Shown here: positions 60,384 through 64,000 of the stretch, one piece after another
Layout: the number at the start of each line of letters is the position of its first letter
Numbering within the stretch: the stretch's first letter is position 1
Source: Macrostomum lignano
Taxonomy: Eukaryota
DNA length: 64,000 nucleotides
Reading direction: 5' to 3'
Assembly: GCA_002269645.1 (NCBI GenBank)
Contig: NIVC01000558.1
Span: 434,001 to 498,000 of the forward strand
Notes under the pieces: model-generated
Seen by the model: only the letters and a program-made list of their open reading frames with translations
What the model was told of the DNA's origin: nothing
Database searches by the model: none
Translations under genes and position numbers: made by a program

Positions 60384-61445
60384 ATGCAGACTTTGTCAAT
60401 TCTGCCGCTGATTCTCTGCTGCTGCATCGCTTTCGGCCACTCGCTAAGCACTGAATTCGGCCTGTTAGGCTGCTTTGTGGACACCGCAACTCGAGATGTC
60501 AACGGTCTGGATGGCTGGTCCACCATCGGGCCCTACTCGGTGACGTGGAGCTCCGGGGGGACCGTCACACTCAGCAGCATGACTGTGCAGCTTTGCAGCG
60601 AAATCTGCGCCTATGGAAAATTCCGCTACTTTGGCGTTCAGTTTTCAAGTTATTGTTTCTGCGGAAACTCATATGGCCGACACGGCAAGGCAGCTGACAG
60701 CCACTGCAACATGGCGTGCGCTGGCAACTCCGCCCAAATCTGTGGAGGGGCTGATCGAAACTCCGTGTACCGGCAGATCTACTATCGTCAAGGTGAGCGT
60801 AGCGGAATCTACAATCGGCACTGTTCTAATTCAAAATGTACATGCACTTCTCCCATTGCACTGGGCATAGCATCCATGGTTTAACACGCATTTAGACACA
60901 AATAAATCAATATTTTCCGGAGAGCTGCGGGCGCCCTGGTGAAACATCGTCCCACAACAAAGGTTTAGCTCGTAGTCCATTTTCAGCCCGTTCCGCTGAG
61001 TCCTGAGCTCGTACAAGAGCACTTATACTGTATGCAGGCACGCACACATGACACACGCTCACTCAGGGCGCACAGCATGCCAACTTTTTGAAAAACAATA
61101 TAACCTATGAATGCAGGTTTGGCATGTGATCAACAGACGTCGACATGTCGAACGAAGCACTCGTGTTGGTCTCACCAGAGTAGCGACGCACTCGATATCT
61201 CTTTTGTCATTCCAGAAGGCGAATACTTCACTTTGGTTGACCGAGACTACGTGAACGTGACCTCTACCAGCGGGCCCTTCTACCGCACCGAGCAGCCCGT
61301 CAGGAGTCTAGTTGAGTGCGTGTATCGCTGCGAAGCTGACTGCCAGGCCGTGCTGTTCCACCTCGACGCCTGCCACCTGCTGAGATTCCCCGTTCTGCCG
61401 CACGAGCTGAAGACCGTGGCTGGGAAGTTCGCCATCCGTGTGTGA
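60384..61445 (+). CDS. Secreted WSC-domain protein with a C-terminal PAN/apple-like module. Exons 60384-60792 and 61117-61445
   Basis: Signal peptide; WSC pattern LGCF..D...MTVQLCSEIC...YFGVQFSSYCFCGN...CNMACAGNSAQICGG...SVY; phase-1 GT-AG intron; second exon SLVECVYRCEADCQAVLF...CHL. Confidence 0.85.
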
Positions 61446-62122
61446 GGGACCGCTTGATTCGGAGCAAGGAGTCTCGGTTGCTGAAGCCTTCTGTGATTGC
61501 TGCAACTCTCTGATTGCTGAAACTCGAATCATGGTTAATACGCACTCTACTCGTACGCTCGTACTCTAGATAAGTCCCCTGGGTTCAAATAAAATGAAAA
61601 TTTTCACTGCCGAAAAGAACAAATTTTAGCGGCTTTGTGTGCATTACATTTTTGCCAAATGAACTCCCTGTTTTTTTATTTTGATCCGTTGAAGCAGTTG
61701 CAGCATCAACAATTCCTGTAGCAACCAAACCATATCGACTCTAGCATTTATCAGCCACAACAACAGCAAATTAAATTCATAGGCCGCTCAATTCATGGAA
61801 TGCGGTTTCAGCTCTTGCGATTCACATATTAACGCCAATTCAAGAGGTGCTATTTTGATTTTCACCCAGCGCAACATATAAGCTGTGTGCATCTGACGTT
61901 TCTCTGCATCGGATTACTTTTCTGCCTCCATAAGGCGCTCTAGCATCTCAGAGGTTGCGGAATAACGGAAAGTTATTTTTTAATTTTACATCATTTTCCA
62001 TATGTTTTCCTCGTGTAATACTCAGTTCATTTTTTTCTTTCAATTTCTCAGCTAAATTGTGCAGCTAATGTCTAGTCCTTAAGTCCTTAGTCCTTAAGTT
62101 CTTAGAAACTCGTATATATGAA

Positions 62123-62410
62123 GGGGTTGCAGCCTAGTGGTTAGAGCGTCGGACTCACGACTTGAAGGTCGGGGGTTCGATTCTCGACCCACTCGGAGCA
62201 ATTAGTGTCCGTATGCAAGGCACTAAACTCTGCAATGCTTCAGTTTACCCAGCTGTAAAATGGGTGCCAGCATTAGCTGGGGTAATTGAGCGTGTGTGTG
62301 GCGACCACCCCCCCCCCCAGTTCTTGGACTGAACAGCCGTACGCAGCCTTCAGATGCGCCGCACAATTGCTGCGGCTGAGCTGTCGGTTGCACATCTACC
62401 CATTAATAGG
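62123..62410 (+). mobile_element. SINE copy E (most complete): tRNA-derived head + CORE-like domain + 3' body
   Basis: A-box TAGTGGTTAGAGCG, B-box GGTTCGATTCTC, central CAAGGCACTAAACTCTGC...CAGCTGTAAAATGGG similar to the MIR/CORE consensus. Confidence 0.85.
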
Positions 62411-62674
62411 GCATTATTTTTATCCGTATGTAGAAAATTTTACTATAACTTTACTTGAAAAATTATTCTTCGTTGAAAACGGTCCCAATCTTCTGGGTGT
62501 TATACGTAAGTGCTTAATAAATTCTTATGAGTGTTTAACCAGCTAAGGTCTCATTCATACTGTGTCTGAGCGTCAGTCCTAGTGTGTTTGACATCTATTT
62601 TATCGTTCCAGTGCTGTATAGTATCCTTCTAAATTGGGGCAACGACTCAAAAAGGTTTGGCTTTCAACGTTGTT

Positions 62675-63064
62675 TCAAGCAAAAAAGCACAAACCCGTGA
62701 CGCAATCGGACAGGCGTCGATCGAATTCCTGAAAAATCTCGGTCGCCATGCACCGTCGGGCGTCGCCGCCACGCACGTGATGGCACAGGGTTGCTAGGCG
62801 GGCGGCGCCGCTCCCTGACCACGGATTGAAGCTGGACAATGGGGATGAGCTGCTGGCGGATAACGTTTCCCTCATGTTCCCCCGCGGAAACTGCGATTGG
62901 TGGGCTGTTTGAGACCGGCTACTCAACGCTTGAGCTCGACCGATCTGCTCAAGCATCAGCGGCGTGAGCGGCTGCGTTTCAAATCCTGACTGGTCGGCAG
63001 AGACGTCGAACAAATTGAAATTGTCGTCCAAAAGACTGCGAGTTTCAGCTGAATCGATCATTCG
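62675..63064 (-). CDS. Possible coding exon/ORF of unknown function (MIDSAETRSLLDDNF...)
   Basis: GC-rich 130-codon ORF in an AT-rich context; no family recognised. Confidence 0.3.
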   Translation of the reverse strand, partial: RMIDSAETRSLLDDNFNLFDVSADQSGFETQPLTPLMLEQIGRAQALSSRSQTAHQSQFPRGNMRETLSASSSSPLSSFNPWSGSGAARLATLCHHVRGGDARRCMATEIFQEFDRRLSDCVTGLCFFA

Positions 63065-64000
63065 GGAGGTATTAAGCAATGTCAAATATTAAAAGACTAA
63101 TTGTTGAAATTCAGCAAACTCTTTGCCAGAACTTGACACCACCACCGATACGGTAGATAAATTCAGTCAAACTGTTCTGCTTCTGAGTAGTCCCTGAGTC
63201 TTGCTTTGAATTGAAGCTTTATAGCCTTTTTCAAGAAGTCCACATCACGGATGGAATATTAATTTCGTCACTGCTAGCTAATCAATTGAAAATTCCGTTT
63301 GTTTTGCTTAATTTCTCAAGGGACAGCTGCCATTTAAAATCACGGTCCTGAATGTTTAAATAGGAAAGTGCAAATTGATGAACTTTAAAACTTTGATTTC
63401 ATGTGGTGATTTTTAATATTTTCAGATAAATATGAAAAATAGAAAACACAAGAAAAATTTAGAAAGTTCGAGAGAAGAGACAGGGAGATGTTCTCTTGGG
63501 AGTTAGGAGAGTTAGATACAAAAGAGACAGTCGACGGGAGGCAAGAGCCGTCCATTCTGACAACCCCTGAAGATCCACCTGGAGAAATATTTACCAAGGG
63601 GTCATATTGCAACGAACTCTACAGTACAGAGACTACTACAGTACTTAAGACAGACTCGTCTGACCAGCTGTCTGCCGACGCACTGAAGCGTGCCCAGACT
63701 GTTTTTAGTGACCCCATTCTGATTCTAATTTTAAGCTCTGCCAGGTACAACGCTGTCCGACTTTCTACCGGTGAGTAGATCAGTCTGTTCAAGCAGCCGT
63801 TGTCTTCTCTAGTTGCTATGGAAGGGTCTCGCGAGCATCGGTCACCAGCATGAGAACGCAATTATTATCTTCATGAGTTGTTGTAACCAACTGACACGTC
63901 GCCCCCAGCTTTTGTATCTGACGGAAGTCACCTTATGATACGTACAAAAACAAACTGGACGACTTTTCCACCTTTACTTTTCTCAAAGGAGCTCCTGCAG

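Noticed and set aside
62123-62200. tRNA-like sequence (also at 33600-33666)
   Set aside because: It has A/B boxes but no proper acceptor stem and runs into the SINE body, so it is a SINE head rather than a tRNA gene
63385-63861. Short ORFs at the window end
   Set aside because: Under 100 aa, overlapping on both strands, no motifs or consistent splice pattern

Overview
Eukaryotic (metazoan) genomic DNA with spliceosomal introns. The style (introns filled with private minisatellites, poly-Q proteins, a WSC-domain gene, AG acceptors right before ATGs) would fit a free-living flatworm such as Macrostomum, but that is inference only. Host genes: an orphan 687-aa ORF (+), a divergent WNK kinase (-, 9 coding exons), DNA topoisomerase I (-, 2 exons), V-ATPase subunit H (-, 6 exons), an intronless rhodopsin-class GPCR (-) and a secreted WSC+PAN-like protein (+). 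There are also about 17 tandem-repeat arrays, 5 copies of a tRNA-headed CORE-like SINE and a LINE 3' fragment. The standout is a 9,515-bp element (45036-54550) with 921-bp terminal inverted repeats and a 6-bp target-site duplication (CATGAG). It encodes only three genes: a ~1,270-aa Polinton/Maverick-type protein-primed DNA polymerase B split by six GT-AG introns (three inside catalytic motifs), a tandem PC4-like putative ssDNA-binding protein, and an acidic orphan protein. I find no integrase, packaging ATPase, capsid or maturation protease. It looks like a minimal, replication-module-only, intron-rich Polinton derivative that was integrated in trans. All exon boundaries were read by hand, and family calls come from motif recognition, not database searches.
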